DNA from: Bispira polyomma
Taxonomy: Eukaryota
Direction of reading: 5' to 3'
DNA length: 64,000 nucleotides
Assembly (NCBI GenBank): GCA_965649765.1
Contig: OZ287748.1
Span: 76,508,001-76,572,000, forward strand
Below, piece by piece: positions 12,448 through 27,283 of the stretch. A model generated the notes under the pieces. The model made no database searches. It was not told the DNA's origin and saw only the letters and a program-made list of their open reading frames with translations. Within the stretch, counting starts at the first letter, position 1. Every line of letters begins with the position of its first letter. A program made the translations under genes and the position numbers.

Positions 12448-15400
12448 ATCGAGTGTGTCTAATATGAATTTATATTACCATTATCATTTAAAACTGCTCT
12501 ATTGTGAGACTTGCCTGGTCACGTGGTGGGACATGCTTCCTCAAGTGTTGTATTTTATTTCTTATTCAATGAGGAAACAGGAAGTCCAGGAATAGTTATG
12601 GGGATGATAAAAACAGTGTTAAGGATCCAGTACTAGGCATACATTATTTGCAATAAACCACTAGCAGATGGAAATTGGAGAGGAAATTAAATGCTGCAAC
12701 AGTAATTAACAACCAATAAAAAGTACTATCCACGTATTAAGCCCATGTAAAAGCAAGAATACATGTTTTCAGTACCACAAATTCGGTTTAAGGGAGGGCA
12801 AGTTGACGCCATACACACATATATTGTTGACGTTGTCGTGACGTATCACAGTAGCAAAACACAAAGATGATAAATGTCATCCCAAAAAATTTGATTTAGA
12901 TCTGATGTCTAACTTAAGACAATAACGTCAGATTAATCACTTACGAAGACCAAGGTTTCAATCATTAATTATTAACAGTGACCTATGATGCCTGCAGCCC
13001 CTAAAACACAAACGTGTAGTAATAATTTTATTTAATTATTATAATATTTAATATTTTTTATTATATTTAATATTTTAAATAGTGTGCTATAATTAATCAT
13101 TGTGTCTTTGTGAATAAATTAATGTTGTTAAACCAATGTGTCGTATAAGGATCTAATGCACATTCTAAGCTGTCTATCATTAATCATTTTGTGTGTGAAT
13201 AAAAATATTAGTTGACAGAACAATGTGTCGGATGAAAGTTAAAGCATATCAATATTTGAATATTTAAAATGTTTTATCAGATAGAAACATTTCAGGCCTG
13301 ATGCAGTTGTTATTTTTACCAACAGTGATTTTAAATGATAAGACATTTTTAAATATTTCAAATGTTTGTTTAATAATCTACACCCAGCTGTATATAAGTC
13401 CTGGTTGTGCATGATGTGATGTGTGTTAGCAGATAAATATAGATCAACAGACTCCTGCTTCCTGGGGTGCTAGTTTGATTTTGGATACTATAATTTCTGT
13501 TAGCAACAACAACTAATCTAGATTCTTTTTAACCTATCAATTTTGGGCTTTAATGAAGATCTCTCTATAATTAAAGACTGTATGTAGTTGGTATTTTAAG
13601 TAATTGTAGATGGTATTATGAGTTTGTCAAGTCAAAGGCCTAGTCTGCAATTATTACTTACATTGTCATTTATGATTTTGTTAATACTAGGGCGGATATA
13701 TTCTGTACACATAAATTACTTAAGAAAGTACTTGAAATTAAGATAAACTGCCTTTTTCACAAGAACAAGTAGAGTTAAGCATTTGTCGTTCTCCTAACTT
13801 ACCACAACCTCGAGGACTGACCATTTTTTTCAATGTTCCCAAAGTTTTTTAGCCTGTCATTGGGAGTAGGAACAAATGGCAGAGTCCAGTGATTGTGAAA
13901 GTGGACTACACAACTGCCACTTCGGGGTTTATTTAAATATTTTTTATCAGGCTCTGATGTTGTTTTCATTCTAAAAAACGGTGTCACCATTAAAAATGGA
14001 GCCACCACCAGAAATAATATGTAAGGCCTAAATGGATTGGTTAGAAGAAATTGACCCGTCCAAACTAAGGGGTGTCAGATTTATTGTTATCAGTCACAGA
14101 GTATATAGTGGCCATATCAACATTAGTGTATTTTAAACTGTGTGCGACTGTGTCTTTTTTAAAAGAAAATTCTTGTTTATTTGAGGTAAAGATAGTAAAG
14201 GGGAAGACTGAATGTCGGCATTCCTATTATGTCTTTGATCCCCGTGTGTAGAAAAGTGGACCAAATAAATAATAGGAACATCTAAACAAAACACATTAAG
14301 CTAAAGATGTTACAGTAATATAGTTTACTCCACTGCAGTAACATATTTTACGACTACTAAGCTGTTTTTACAGCCCCAACTTAAGCCGGAAAACGTGATA
14401 TTTTGCTACATACAGAAGTACAATTAGAAAGCCACTTAGTAGAGTGCATACCTGCACCAAGATGTCAGAGTGCCAAAAAGGGGAAAAAATATTTCGCCCT
14501 TTTTTGTATCAGTTTCAAATTTCCGTGGACAATTCTATGCCATATTCTTCCACTAAAGGTTATAAAAATTGGTTCAGTATTTTTGTGTTAGGCTGGTGCC
14601 AGAACATAGCCTCCTGTGGTGCAAGGACAAATAGCTTAAAACATATTTGTGTCACGTTGATCATTATACATTACTATGGTTGACAACCGTTCAACCTGTA
14701 AAGGAAAGTCTCTAAATTACCACCATTGTAGTCAGTGTGTAATTTACTGTACTCTTCTTGAAAACTTATAGCCAGTTATCAATAAACCTAATTCATTTCT
14801 TCCTATCAAAACATTTTTCTTCATGCAACAACCCAAGGACACCGAGAAACAACCATAATTGTTTGATTTCATCTTTGTGTTAAGGGGAAATTGTTATTCC
14901 TGTTTGTTTGCTTTATTTTTGAGCTGTTTGTGTTGTAAAAATTGATATTAATTGATGATGAAAGTAACTTGGTAAAAATACTATAAGACAATTATTTTTA
15001 CACCAGATGTCAAAATACTTCACTTTTTGAGCTAAACTTTGATTAATTGCACTTTATAATCTATATTCCAAAATATTTTAGAACTTCCAAGTTCTTATAT
15101 TAAACACAAAAAGATTTAAAAATAGAAGATATTAGATTCTTGATATTATACCCTGGAAAATTATAACTTAATTTTAGTGAGGTATTGCATTAAAATAATT
15201 ATTACACAATCACTTAAGTCAACATAAAAACACTAATATACTTTTTTTCTAAAGCCAAGATGTGTATTAATCTTCTAAAGAACTAGCCCTAAATGCCTTA
15301 TATTCGCTCTAGCCACACAAAGATCACATAAATTCAACTCAAAGTAAAAAAAATAACAAAAAAGCAACACCTTAAGATCAACCACTGACGCAGATCATAA

Positions 15401-17669
15401 TGAAAGGTTTACGAGGGAAAGTAAGACAGAAATGAGTTTGGGTTGCCAAAAAATCCACAACTACAGATGTTTTCACCTCAGAAATTGAATGCTTTTGCTT
15501 TTCAATACAAGGAACAGTTGTGCAATAAATCCATCATCTCCTGTAGACAGGCTTATTGACTGGCTAGAGGGTGTTGTTTTTTAAATCCCGGGGGCTGACA
15601 AATTACTAATTTGTGTTTGAAATGGGAGCTTATGATCTGAAGTGTAGCCGGCAGGAAGTTGGGTTGTAGCAGGCTTATCATTGGCTATTGTTTTGTTATG
15701 GTGGCCTTGAGATGGTTTTCTTCTTTATTTATTTCTTTGCAGTAGGCTACATATTGTTTGCTTTTAATTGGTTATTTTAATATTACGTTTACCACTTTCC
15801 TCAACAAAATTAAAACTTTGTCATATACACACGCTGTAATTTTTAGAACATTTAATACATTCAACGCTCGTGCGTCAATGGCTTCATTAGAATTGGAATT
15901 TACTTGTTTTTTTTATGTTCTTTCAACAGCTTAGGTCATATGATAAAACAACTCTTTGTGTGCTTTCAACAGCTTACGCCATATCGAAAAACAAATGGTT
16001 AATAGGTATATCAGGCATCCATGGAGTTATGCCAGTGTGTCAGCCTTTCAAGGAGCACAGTCTGTCTCTGATACTTGAGTTAGATTAACTTGTTGTAAAC
16101 ACTTAACCCTTAAGAGCTATAAAACACATCTCAAATCTAGATTAGACAGTCATAAGTTCTGCTTTATGTCAGCCATTTAACTGATTAGAGAGTTGAGTGA
16201 ATGGGAGATAATTACTTGGATAAGTTTATTAATTCATGTAAACTATCTTCTTTTATACAGGTATAATAGTAATAACAATGCAAAACATAGTAATTGTGGC
16301 AATTTATGTGGAAATCTCAAACAGAGGTAGCAACTTGTATTAGTACAGTCTATTTTATCACACATTATGGATTTAGTTTTTATATATCATCAGAAGTTTT
16401 AACTCCTTAAATCAGCAAATAATATTAGTACTAGTTGAATATCTAATCAAACCACACTTTTAAACGTTTATTAAGAGCATTGTCATACACCCAATTCATC
16501 AAATTCCAGTTTTAGTTCCCACTTTCTCTGTTGATGTTTACTGGCTGTTCATTTGTATTCCAGTTATTACGCAAGAGAGTTTGGAAGTCTTTCACCCCAT
16601 CATAGTGGCTCTGTCACCTGAATATTAACTAAATCACAATTGTAACTGTTGGTATTACTCACAACTGTAGTCGTGTAGAAAGTTCATTATTGTTTTAGTG
16701 CAAATGTTGTATAATTTTCAACAGTGCCATTTGTTTTACCCTTTAAGTAAGACTAAACTTAAAAGTAAAACTTTTAGTAATAACATAATACTAAATAATT
16801 GTTGTTAGTTCAATTAGATATTTTATTTTAGGTCTTATATGGTATTATTTTATTTGTAAATACTCTCTATAATTAAGATGTAAACTGTTGTATTGTTAGA
16901 TTCTTATCACATTCAACACAATACAATTGGTCAAGACTGTTTGCTCCTTGTTCCTAGAACACAGTTCATATTGTTTTTTTCATAAAACAAATGAAGTCCA
17001 TACTTAATGACTCCTAAGTAATCTGATGCAAGTAGACTACATTGCCTTAAGCCAATCTGTACCTGTCTTAATTTCACTGCATTTTTTTCTGGACCTACTT
17101 TTTGCATTATTATACAATGAATCAGCATGTATACAAAAATATAAATAATATAATTAATATTTTACAAAATCTGTTTTCAACTAATAGTACTATTGTTCTG
17201 ATCAATCTCTCCCTCCGTATATGTCCATACATTTTTAGTCATTATTCGACATGACTGGTTTCGCAAATTGACTGTAACATATTTAAATATAAAAGTCATA
17301 CCATACTTACTGCATGACCAATTGTATGTTTTAAATAATAAATTAGTTTTTTGTAAGCTTCTTCAAATACTTAATGTAAGGCTTTTACTGATGTTCAATT
17401 TAAAAAGTTTTTAAGTCGGAAAAGAAAAGCAAAATAGCTAACTAACAACAGACTTTGTTTTACTTCTTTAAATCATTACTTTAATTGTATTAGTGATAAT
17501 TTTTAATTGAAATAGGTATTTCCAGCCAAATAGTTCAAAAAAAAAATCTTAATTCATCTTTCACGGTAGCAGAGTAGTTTATGACAGGCTTTCTTTTATT
17601 TTTTTCTGATAAACCTACATTAAATTTGTTTATATTCACTATGTTTTATATACACCTATATACTTTCAG

Positions 17670-18197
17670 GCTTACCACCAGAACTGTACACAGTATGGGA
17701 AGCTTACCCCTGGAGATTCGGGGCACCCTACTGTCTGTTCAAAACCTTCCTCACGGAGATGACATCCTCTGCCTCCATACTGACCATCACAGCCTTCACG
17801 GTGGAGCGTTATGTGGCCATCTGCCACCCGTATCGTGCACAGAGGATGTCCAGCCTCTCCCGGGCCACTAAAATCATCGTCCTTATCTGGGTCATTGCAT
17901 GCATCTCCGCAGTGCCCTACCCAATTCACACGCGGACCTTCTACCGCCTCATGAACCCCTACACCCAGGAACCCTTGCTGGGCTCACTCATCTGCAACAT
18001 CCCCACCAGGTGGCTGCCCAAGATGAGATCAGTCTTTCAGTTCACCACCTTCTTGCTGTTTATCTTCCCAATGACTGTGATCACGGTGCTCTACCTACTG
18101 ATCGGTATGACACTGAAAAAAGCTGGACTAGCACGGAACACATCCGCAGAAGGAGCTCACCACGGCTCTCAATCCAGGAAGATCATCCAGATGTTAG
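17670..18197 (+). CDS. Neuromedin-U/pyrokinin/CAPA (PRXamide)-type class A GPCR, internal exon (end TM2 to start TM6)
   Basis: Acceptor tactttcag|, donor G|gtaata. Encodes (G)LPPELYTVWEAYPWRFGAPYCLFKTFLTEMTSSASILTITAFTVERYVAICHP...FQFTTFLLFIFPMTVITVLYLLIG...RKIIQML, typical of NMU/PRXamide receptors. High GC3 against AT-rich introns. Confidence 0.93.
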
Positions 18198-18360
18198 GTA
18201 ATATTTACACCATATATAACCTGTATGTATATATATATATTATAACCATTTATGAATTCTAATCATTTTGACCATGTGGTGTTATACCAATCTTTTAATT
18301 TATTTTTTTACATTTTATCCTAATCCTTAATTATATAAAACATGGTTGCAATTGTTTTAC

Positions 18361-18400
18361 ACCCCAACCCCCCCAACCCCCACCCCCACCCCCACCCCCC
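18361..18400. repeat. C-rich (CCCCCA)n simple repeat
   Basis: accccaacccccccaacccccacccccacccccacccccc; G-quadruplex-capable on the minus strand. Confidence 0.85.
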
Positions 18401-19999
18401 TCAGATTTGTACACAATTCTTTTGACATATATAATTTATTTGAAGTGTTAAATATGGAGTGTGAAACTATGAATGGTATTGAATTTTCATGCACCTCGTC
18501 TACCCCTTTTTTGGAAGTATCAGTAGTTTACTAATACAAACTAGAAACATATACAAGCATTTTAATCAATATATTAATGAATAATGTACATAATTAAAAA
18601 CAAACACAACCAGTCTCATGCTGGTTGTATATGTTATCTATATATACTGATTGTAGGATTGTAGATGCAAGTCTGACACAGCTAGACTGATCATCTGTCT
18701 TCTCTAATTATTCATGCTATATTTATTAACTATATTAAATGTACACAATACCAAGACGTGGCAGTGGCTTTTGACTAACACTGTCTTGTACATAAAGGTG
18801 AAAATACAGAATTACTTCTATAATCAGTTTCTCTTCATCAGTTATTTTAAAAAAGCCAATTACGACAATAGCCATAAGTTCAAAGTATCACAAAATATGT
18901 GAACATAAGTAACAAAACTATTCACATGGAAGGTATGCTTAACTATCAACAAGAAAAAGCTCACCATACTATAATAACTATAATACATCTACTGTACTGT
19001 CAGTTAGTGCTGTAATACAGTTACATAACAACTCTATACACTTTGCCTTTGAAGCACAAAAGTTTTGATCAGTTTTCTGGCTCTCCTTTGGAGCTTCTTT
19101 TACCAGCCCAGCAAAGTGAATTAGTAGTTCAGTGTGTGATGTGGGGTTAATGGACTTCATTACACCACACTGCCACTTTCTTTACTACATGCTCTACAGC
19201 TCTAGCTTTTTGGTTGTATTTTATAGTAGGCTTATTAGGTTGTATACTACCATAGTATATGTTGCAGCTTCACTGTGGTTCTGATACAATACCTTACTGT
19301 TTAGTTTCTTTTAAAAATAGTTTAGGCTGCACAATTAAACTATATTCTTGAGTAACATAGTCATGTAGTATGTGTGGCCATTTACTTGTAGTCTTTTTGA
19401 AAGCCAGCCGTCTTAAAGTATGACTAGTTGGCTGACAAATGGGTTGACTACAACACAAAAGTAATGATCGATGCTATGGTTTCTTCCGATGTAGCATAAA
19501 GTATTTTATAATAATTGTTGCTATCAATAGATTTTTTAAAGATCATATTTTAACAGCTTCTACATTCATTAGCCTTCTCTTCTCTTATATATCATATAAG
19601 TACAGTTTTAAGCATAACCCATCCCTTGATATATAATTGATACTTTGTTTGCATCTGCATTTTTATCTAAAGCAATGTTAAACAAGGGACTTTGTCATAT
19701 TCCTGTGTCGAAACTATACATGAGACAGCCTGCAACTTTCAGAATGTGTGGCTTTAATATACAAAATGCTACAACCTCTTTCTGTGAAACAATTACTCTT
19801 GGAAATAATACAACATAATTGACATATTTTATGACTGTTTATGAACTGTTTATCAACCACGTGCAGCTCTTCTATTGGCCTGTGTCCTATATTGTCAGCA
19901 CACAAGGATCTACCTGGTAGACGATCATATATTTATTTTAGTAGGAAAGGCATCAGCCCAGTAACAATTATAGGAGAACCCAGTAGATACCATGCCTCG

Positions 20000-20223
20000 G
20001 TCAATGTACCACAGTGCTAAAAATGAAACAAACTCCCTGGCTTAACCCTTCTCTTCAGATCCTCTCCCGTGTTTAATAGAGTATTCTCTGGGCAAAGGCT
20101 TCATTCTTCAACTAAACTTTATGTGCATTAGGTTCAGTAGTTTTTATGTAATCATGATGGAAAACATACAGAACAAACAAGCCAACGGACACTGGCCAAA
20201 ACATAACCTCATTGGCAGGAATA
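20000..20223 (-). mobile_element. HINE/Helentron-like element (degraded)
   Basis: AAAACATAACCTC...GGCAGGAATAAT is the reverse complement of the family start motif; internal AACA repeats. Confidence 0.4.
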
Positions 20224-22984
20224 ATGACGCCAGTAACGATAACATTCATATCTCAGTGCAAATAGATACAAATACCCTTTGTAAATAAAGAAATCAGTTT
20301 CAAACATATGTGAAAACAAGACATTTGCTGCCTCCACTGAAACATCTGGAAACTCAGAAACAAAGAAGCCACAACATATGGTTAATGTTGGCAAGATAAC
20401 AACTGAACTGATACACAGCCATCTTAGATGTTTCTGAAACATTTTTGTAAATGAATAGTAAAATATATTCCCTACAGACATATTTAGATTTTTTATTCAA
20501 TTTATACATTTCTTGCTTTTTTTGAAATCCAAAACTGTCACATATTCTTGTGTCACATATTCTTTGGGAATACATAAATTTATATATTTCTTACTCAGAT
20601 GAAAGCTGATTTCTGGTGATCTTCTACAATGCAAGAAACCATATGGTATAAATAGTTCTAACTTTATTCTTATGTTCAGTTAGATATTATTATATATCCA
20701 AGGGTTCAATACTAAATTTGATCTTAATAATAATAGTGGAGGTTTTGAAAAAAGGCTCGTCAAGGGATGGCCTTGAACTGGTCTGTATTATAAGTAAATG
20801 TATCTAGGTTTATAGTCTAATATCACCTCTATTGAGGTAGCAGCCGACTTTACAGTTTACACCCCCAGCCTGGGTTCTTCTACTTGTCAACCCATTGCTC
20901 AGTCTCAGCTCCCTCATTTTGAAAAAAGGCCATAGCTTTCCGTATAGCATGGGCTTAAGTTAAAATTTACAGGCAGTGGTTTATATACATTGACATAAAT
21001 ACTTACACTTAAACTGTACAATTTTGTTATTTAGTACAATTCTGAGAAGTCGGGTTACTAAATTTTTCATTAACTTATTTTCAACAACTAAAGGCTTATA
21101 CTGTGAACTCCAATTTTTTTTTTTTTTTTTACAAAAAGAACCAAACTAGTTCAACTTAATTTATTTATTTATTGTACAATATCGCACAAAAATTGTGGCA
21201 AAAAATTGAGAACGAACAACAAAAACATATATACAATTACAGCATCTTGATCATGCAATCAAATATATTGATACATGTAATTTAATTAGTACCAACATAT
21301 TCAATAATGTCATATAACTTATTACCTGTAAATTTATTATTTGTATCTCTTAATAGGGTACAGTCACTGTACAAGTTACATACTTTTTGATTCACCAATT
21401 AACAAAAGAAGTTGTGACTTACATTGTATCTATTAATTTTATATTTATATACAATGAGGTTGAAACTTTTACTGTATTACATACTGGAGACTGACTACGG
21501 TTTAGGAGTAATTTACTGCACAAATTTATTACTTTGTCAGGGCTAAACACAGCACTTGAGACAAACTTTAAAACATATCTGTAATACTCTTTCTCCATGC
21601 GGTGTAGAAAAAAATTACATTTTTACTGGTATAATTCCACAGAATCACACGAATAAAGATGCATGTAGTATGTTTTGAATAACTTATACGTCAGACTGGA
21701 ATTCAAATGATTAATGATTTCTTTTTTCTTAACTGTCACAAACATTTTGTTTTCATCAGGAGTTATTTACCCAATCTGAAATTAATGCCAAACTGGTAAA
21801 AGTCGTCTGCTCACAAACTAAAAAAACAGGAGGGATGTTCTATTTTTCACCCCATCCACTTTATGCTGCAATTCCATCATTTCAATCCCACACACGTTGG
21901 CCATAATAAGAGAGGATGATTGGGCAAACAATCCCTGATTAGGTTATAAATACCAACCGATTTCTGGCTGCACTTCTTGACTTCCGGTGACTAAAGGTCG
22001 ATAAGGTTATGGGATGGCTTTTTAGTTTCAGTATTTTCTCTGTAGACTCTTTTTTTTTGTACTTTTCTTGATATTTTAATACCATTCAATTATCAGCTTA
22101 TACAGCCTGCTTTTATGTTGAAGTCAATCTGTTTCTGCCTTGACAAAATTTACTTTTTGCACTTGTTGTTGCCTCATTGTATCTTATAACTTGCCTCTGT
22201 TAGCCGTAAGGTTATTTGGAAAACGTCTGTGATGACCAAGTGCAATATGTGGTAAGGCATACAAAAAGCAATCAAGCTGTAAGACCACCATTGGGACTTT
22301 CACAGTGATAGTTGACTTCCTTATTACATGCAAGTAAAAAGCTGCAAAACCATACACCCGTTTGATACAGATGAATGTATATATATAAATGTTACATACA
22401 TATAATTAATTCTGTAAACACAGGTTTTAAGACAATTACATGGATTATTTTAGTATTTGTACACTTGATAATAAGAACTTTAGTAGTTTATGCACACAAG
22501 GAATTATTTTACATGGAGATATAGTTTCAACATTTAAAATCATAGTTTTAATCAAACACGAAGACAGTGTTTTAATCAATGTCCAAACCATCTAGTCCAC
22601 CCAAACATAAAGGTATCTAAATTACACAGTGGGATTTTTTTCATTTGAGAAAAAAGTGTCCATTATTTTCAACTAGGTGTACTCGCAAATTAAATGGGAC
22701 CTCGATAACTGTAATCTATTTTCAAAGAGAAAACACTAACATGTATCCTCGCCTCCACATAGTAACCACTAATGAAGTTAAACATAAAACAACCCATACT
22801 CAAATGATTTTGTTTGCAAACTTAACTCAATTCAATGGGTTTGGTATAAGAACTATGCAAAAATGAGAAATTCCACACACAAACATGTCCGTTCGGTCAT
22901 GAAATCTAAGTCTGACAAATACAATACACATGCAGATATATAATTATCTCGCCAATACTATGATATGGGTTTAAATAAATAATT

Positions 22985-23163
22985 ATGGTTGGCCTTTTAT
23001 TCAGATCCACCTAAAAATCAAGGGATTCTTCCTTGGGCCATGTCATACTCTCTTCACCAAATATCATGTAAATCAGTTCATTAGTTTTGTGTAATCCTGG
23101 TAACAAACAAACATAACAAGGAACAGGGGCAAACATACATCACATCCTTGATGGAGGTAATAA
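22985..23163 (-). mobile_element. HINE/Helentron-like element (degraded)
   Basis: Ends ...TCCTTGATGGAGGTAATAA (reverse complement of the family start); internal ACAA microsatellite. Confidence 0.45.
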
Positions 23164-23191
23164 AAACATAGAAATGTGTTTAACACAGCAA

Positions 23192-23444
23192 TTTGAATTT
23201 GGATATTTAACGTCAACTCTCGTACCTTTTAGTAGGTTATATTGGGACGGGTAGTTGGAAACGCTGAAGAAAACACTGCATACAGTCGGTCAAGGTTCTG
23301 CATTGAAACCAGTGGCCCACAGTAAGAACTACCACCTTTCACACATAGACATCGACGGGATTCGAACTCACGCCGCCCAGAGGTGAAAGACCAGTGAGTG
23401 TAAAGCGCAATGCTTGCTAACCACTAGGCCACTGCGGCCCCCGA
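23192..23444 (-). mobile_element. Full-length tRNA-derived SINE with 12-bp TSD
   Basis: Minus-strand head GGGGGCCGCAGTGGCCTAGTGG (A box)...GAGTTCGAATCC (B box). Perfect flanking direct repeat TTAACACAGCAA at 23180-23191 and 23445-23456. Confidence 0.9.
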
Positions 23445-23747
23445 TTAACACAGCAAAGGCAATTAGTAACAAGTTATACCAGCATAAACACATTGTGTAA
23501 TATTTAGCTCAATGAATGAAAATATCAGAAAGTCAATTATACGGTCTCAACATCCAGCAGAGCAGATATATACACCGTTTTTACCAAGCCTGGCATGTGG
23601 TACCATGTCTGATTCTGTCCCGTGTAAACAAACCAGCTAAACTATATGGACCATTATAAGGTGGAGGCCAATGCTTCAAATCCCAAACCGAGCTAAACCA
23701 AGCAAGTTGTAGTAATAAGACATGTTTAGAGATGAGGCTTGAATTAA

Positions 23748-23938
23748 CTCTTTCGACCCCACGAGAAAACTACACACCACAGACTACTTCCCATATTCAA
23801 TAAAAGCCTCGCGTATAATTTTCTGACGAACTAAAGGAAAATAAAATAATATTTTCTGGGTGTCAACTGCTTGCTGACAGATTTTCTGGGAGTAACACAT
23901 GCTGTTAACTGTTAGCGGACAAGATAAGGGAGGAAAGG
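23748..23938. mobile_element. Possible piggyBac-type MITE
   Basis: TTAA on both sides (23744-47, 23939-42) with short imperfect termini CTCTTTC...GAAAGG. Confidence 0.3.
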
Positions 23939-25125
23939 TTAATTAGTAATTTGGTCTGACCATCTGGTTGGATCAATTAAACATAGGATCCGAACATCTA
24001 GTAGAACACATTTTACAAAACCTTACATTTTTGGGACATGTGGTATTGTGTCTTGGTATCAACAATTGCTGCAATAATTCTCTACCGATTTTACACTGGA
24101 CAGCTATTACACCTGTTAAAAGCATAAATTGTTTGTATATTTTATTTAGGTAAAGCCAAAGCAATTGCTTGTTGTTCCACAATCTGTCACACCTTTAAAA
24201 ATGACTGATGACTTGTTTCTATGTCTCTCTCTCTCTATATCTAGCCCCGTGTTGTCGTCGCGGACGGACTTGTCGCAGAGGCAATCACCGCCATGAAGTA
24301 GTCCACGCGTATTTGGGCATGTATTCTTAGGACTTCTTAGCTTGCTATACAAACATGCTTTTTAACATGGCTCCTATATAAAAACACTCACTTTCTGTCT
24401 ATCAGCTATATGGTATCACTTTGTACACAGTTTGTAATATGTTTGTCCTTAATTTATGGTGTTTATTTCAGGGACTGTTTAAGACATTAAGTTTTGTTTT
24501 TTTGGCGAGTTGTTTTTTTTATTAACAAATTTGTCTTGCCTGTGCAGTTAAAGAAAACTACACATGGTCATATTCTTTTATTGTTGTTTACATATTATTC
24601 AATAAAACAAAAACGTTTATCTCTATTAATATATTTAAACATAATGTCTTCAGTTTTAACATATAAACATGTGCCTTAATAATTGAATGATATTTTCGAA
24701 AAACATTCCTCTTTTTTTCTATTAATTTATCCACAGAAAGCTTTTGATAACTAACAGTCAAAAGAGTTTTTCTCAGTCTTTAGTTTTAACATACAAACAT
24801 GTGGATCCATCATTGAACTATATGTTTGGAACTATTAAACTTTTAAATTTGATTAACTGAAGATAGTATTTAATAGATAACAAGGCTTCAATAAGAGTTT
24901 CTTTTGCTTCAATTTTTCTTCTGCTGCCTTTTTAAAAATCTAATACCATTAACACATCCCTGTGGAACCTTCTTAACAGCTGTCTTTACATCTAATACAC
25001 ACCTAATATTTGTCTCTGCACTAACTTGGACACACTGATGCACTTCTTTTTTGTGTGTGTGAATTATTTCTTGTACATCAGTTATTGCTTACAACTGACC
25101 AATTTGTCCTGCCTTGCACGGTGCC

Positions 25126-25160
<35 letters not shown>

Positions 25161-25765
25161 CTATATTGTTTGCGTTTAAATAGGACTTTTTTGTTTTCGT
25201 ACTGTGCCGGTATACTGTTTTTTTATTGTATGTGTGTCTTTTCAAAGTGTAAAATGATCTATATATATTGTTCATCAAAAGCCATCACATAAGTGTATAT
25301 TTTAGTTGTAACCTTCTAGTTCATGATATACTTTTGCTTTTCTAAAAACATTTCTATGCTCCTGAAATACTACTAAATAGACTGCTGCTATGCATTATAT
25401 ATTCATTTTTATATAAGTTATTTTGTGCCTATGAAAAGATATAGTCCCTGAAAACTTTATGGAACATTTGTACAATGAACCAGCTTCAAAGCAAATTAGC
25501 AAAACTGTTTTCTCTCCACAAATTGATTATCTTTTTGTTGGAATATATTTTATGTGATATAATCTAGAAATAATAACAGATTATACCTTATGATACCCTA
25601 ACACAATCTATAACACAAACATCTTTAGTTTACCCATATATAATTGACCTAATCCTTATGTATGTAATTTTGTATCTTTTTAAAATTATGTATACAGTGT
25701 TAAATGTGGTTACACAATGCCCTCTTACATACTTTTTTGACATATATCAATGTCCTCTTATGCAG

Positions 25766-25900
25766 TTGCTGTGGTGGTGGCTTTCTTTATCTGCTGGGCT
25801 CCATTTCACGCCCAAAGACTGATGACCAGCTATATCATAGACGAGAAACAATGGACACCTGCTCTGATGGAGGTGCAGAATATCCTCTGGTACATTTCAG
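25766..25900 (+). CDS. PRXamide/NMU-type GPCR exon (TM6-ECL3-start TM7)
   Basis: tgcag| acceptor, G|gtagg donor, phase-1 match to the previous exon. Encodes VAVVVAFFICWAPFHAQRL, a signature of this receptor family. Confidence 0.95.
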
Positions 25901-26468
25901 GTAGGCTGTGGGTATTGATTGACCAACACGCTTTTACACGGGACTACATGGGGATTTGTACTATGTCCTGGGTCAGACTATTATTACCTGAGGGCAGATT
26001 AAACCCTCATAGACATCTGAAAATTGTGTCTGACTATTTATTATACCGAAAAAAAAAATCTATTTAAAAAAGTCTAATTCAAATATGTAAACAGTAGTAA
26101 TCATGAATTCTCTGACCTTGATTGAACCTATGTTAGATTGTTTGTTGAATTTTGTAAATTTGAGATGTTAAAAACACCGTAAGCTGAAGACATTTTCAAT
26201 AAAATAGTTTCAGTTGAAACCGTACCTTACAAAAATATACATAAATCATTATTTTAAAAATTTTATTTATTCAATGGAATATTTCCAAGGGATTGGTTAA
26301 ATTAAAAAAATTTGACCTTTGTTCAGTGTTATATACATGTAATTTATAGCTAGAATCTGATTACGATGTCCGATGGTCATAATTATCAGCATTTATTGAT
26401 TTAAACATTGGTTGAAATAATCAATAATGAGTCAATACTGTTATATATTGTTTTCAATCATTTTGCAG

Positions 26469-27283
26469 GAGTGTTGTACTTTGTCAGCTCAACAACCAAC
26501 CCCATCCTTTACAACCTCATGTCCAGGAAGTACAGGGAGGCTTTCAAGGACACCTTATGCCGGGCCTGCTGTAAACAAGGAAGACACAACCCAGCACAGA
26601 ATGGCTTTACAACAAACAATAGAACAAGAGGCTATGTCACCTCAGACAGGTCCACCATCTATAGCTATTACTCAAACTCATCCAAGAAGTACACATCAAT
26701 GATCCCAAAAGACTCCCACGAGTTGAACCACTATAACCGACAGCTGAGCAATAGCAGCAGCGATTCTAATGGAGGCGGTGGCTGCGGCATCAACCAAAAT
26801 ATAACGGTCTCACTGGCAGAGGAATATAAAGGTATAATACCACAGAAACTAGATCCCATCTCGGAGTGCAGCAACAGTGACACTCGGGACAGCTTTGGCA
26901 GTGCTTTAAGTAATAAACACTCCTCATCCTCCTATAATCAGTTCAACCATAGAGGTTACCGGGAACCAGTTGGCGGTTGTGAAGAAGATGTTGGCGAAAA
27001 CAGAATTGACTCTGAGAGTCCTGAGATGGAGCTGCTGTGTAGGCTGGACAATGACCAAAGCTATGGTGCAGCTTCTTCTGTGTTAGAGAATGAGCCCAAG
27101 CTGAGTGGAACGTCTCAACTGAATCAGTGCAGAACTAACAGTAGCAGCAAGTCCTCACTGGCTAATGTGAGTTTAGTGAGTGGAGGGAGCTTGTCTAGTT
27201 TACCTGCTGTCTTAGCCGGGCATTTAAAGGAAGAAATGGACCTGGAGGGGAACTCCAATCATCAACTCAGTCAGTATCAATAG
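26469..27283 (+). CDS. PRXamide/NMU-type GPCR last coding exon (TM7, helix 8, long Ser-rich C-tail)
   Basis: ttttgcag| acceptor, phase 1. Encodes GVLYFVSSTTNPILYNLMSRKYREAFK (NPxxY), stop TAG at 27281-27283. Confidence 0.95.

Noticed and set aside
177-17128. Many 60-100-aa ORFs in the ORF track
   Set aside because: No recognisable motifs or codon bias; consistent with chance ORFs in intronic DNA.
17581-18201. Alternative-frame ORFs (17581, 17672, 17899)
   Set aside because: By-products of the GC-rich GPCR exon.
23365-23442. tRNA gene on the minus strand
   Set aside because: It is the head of a SINE flanked by a 12-bp TSD.
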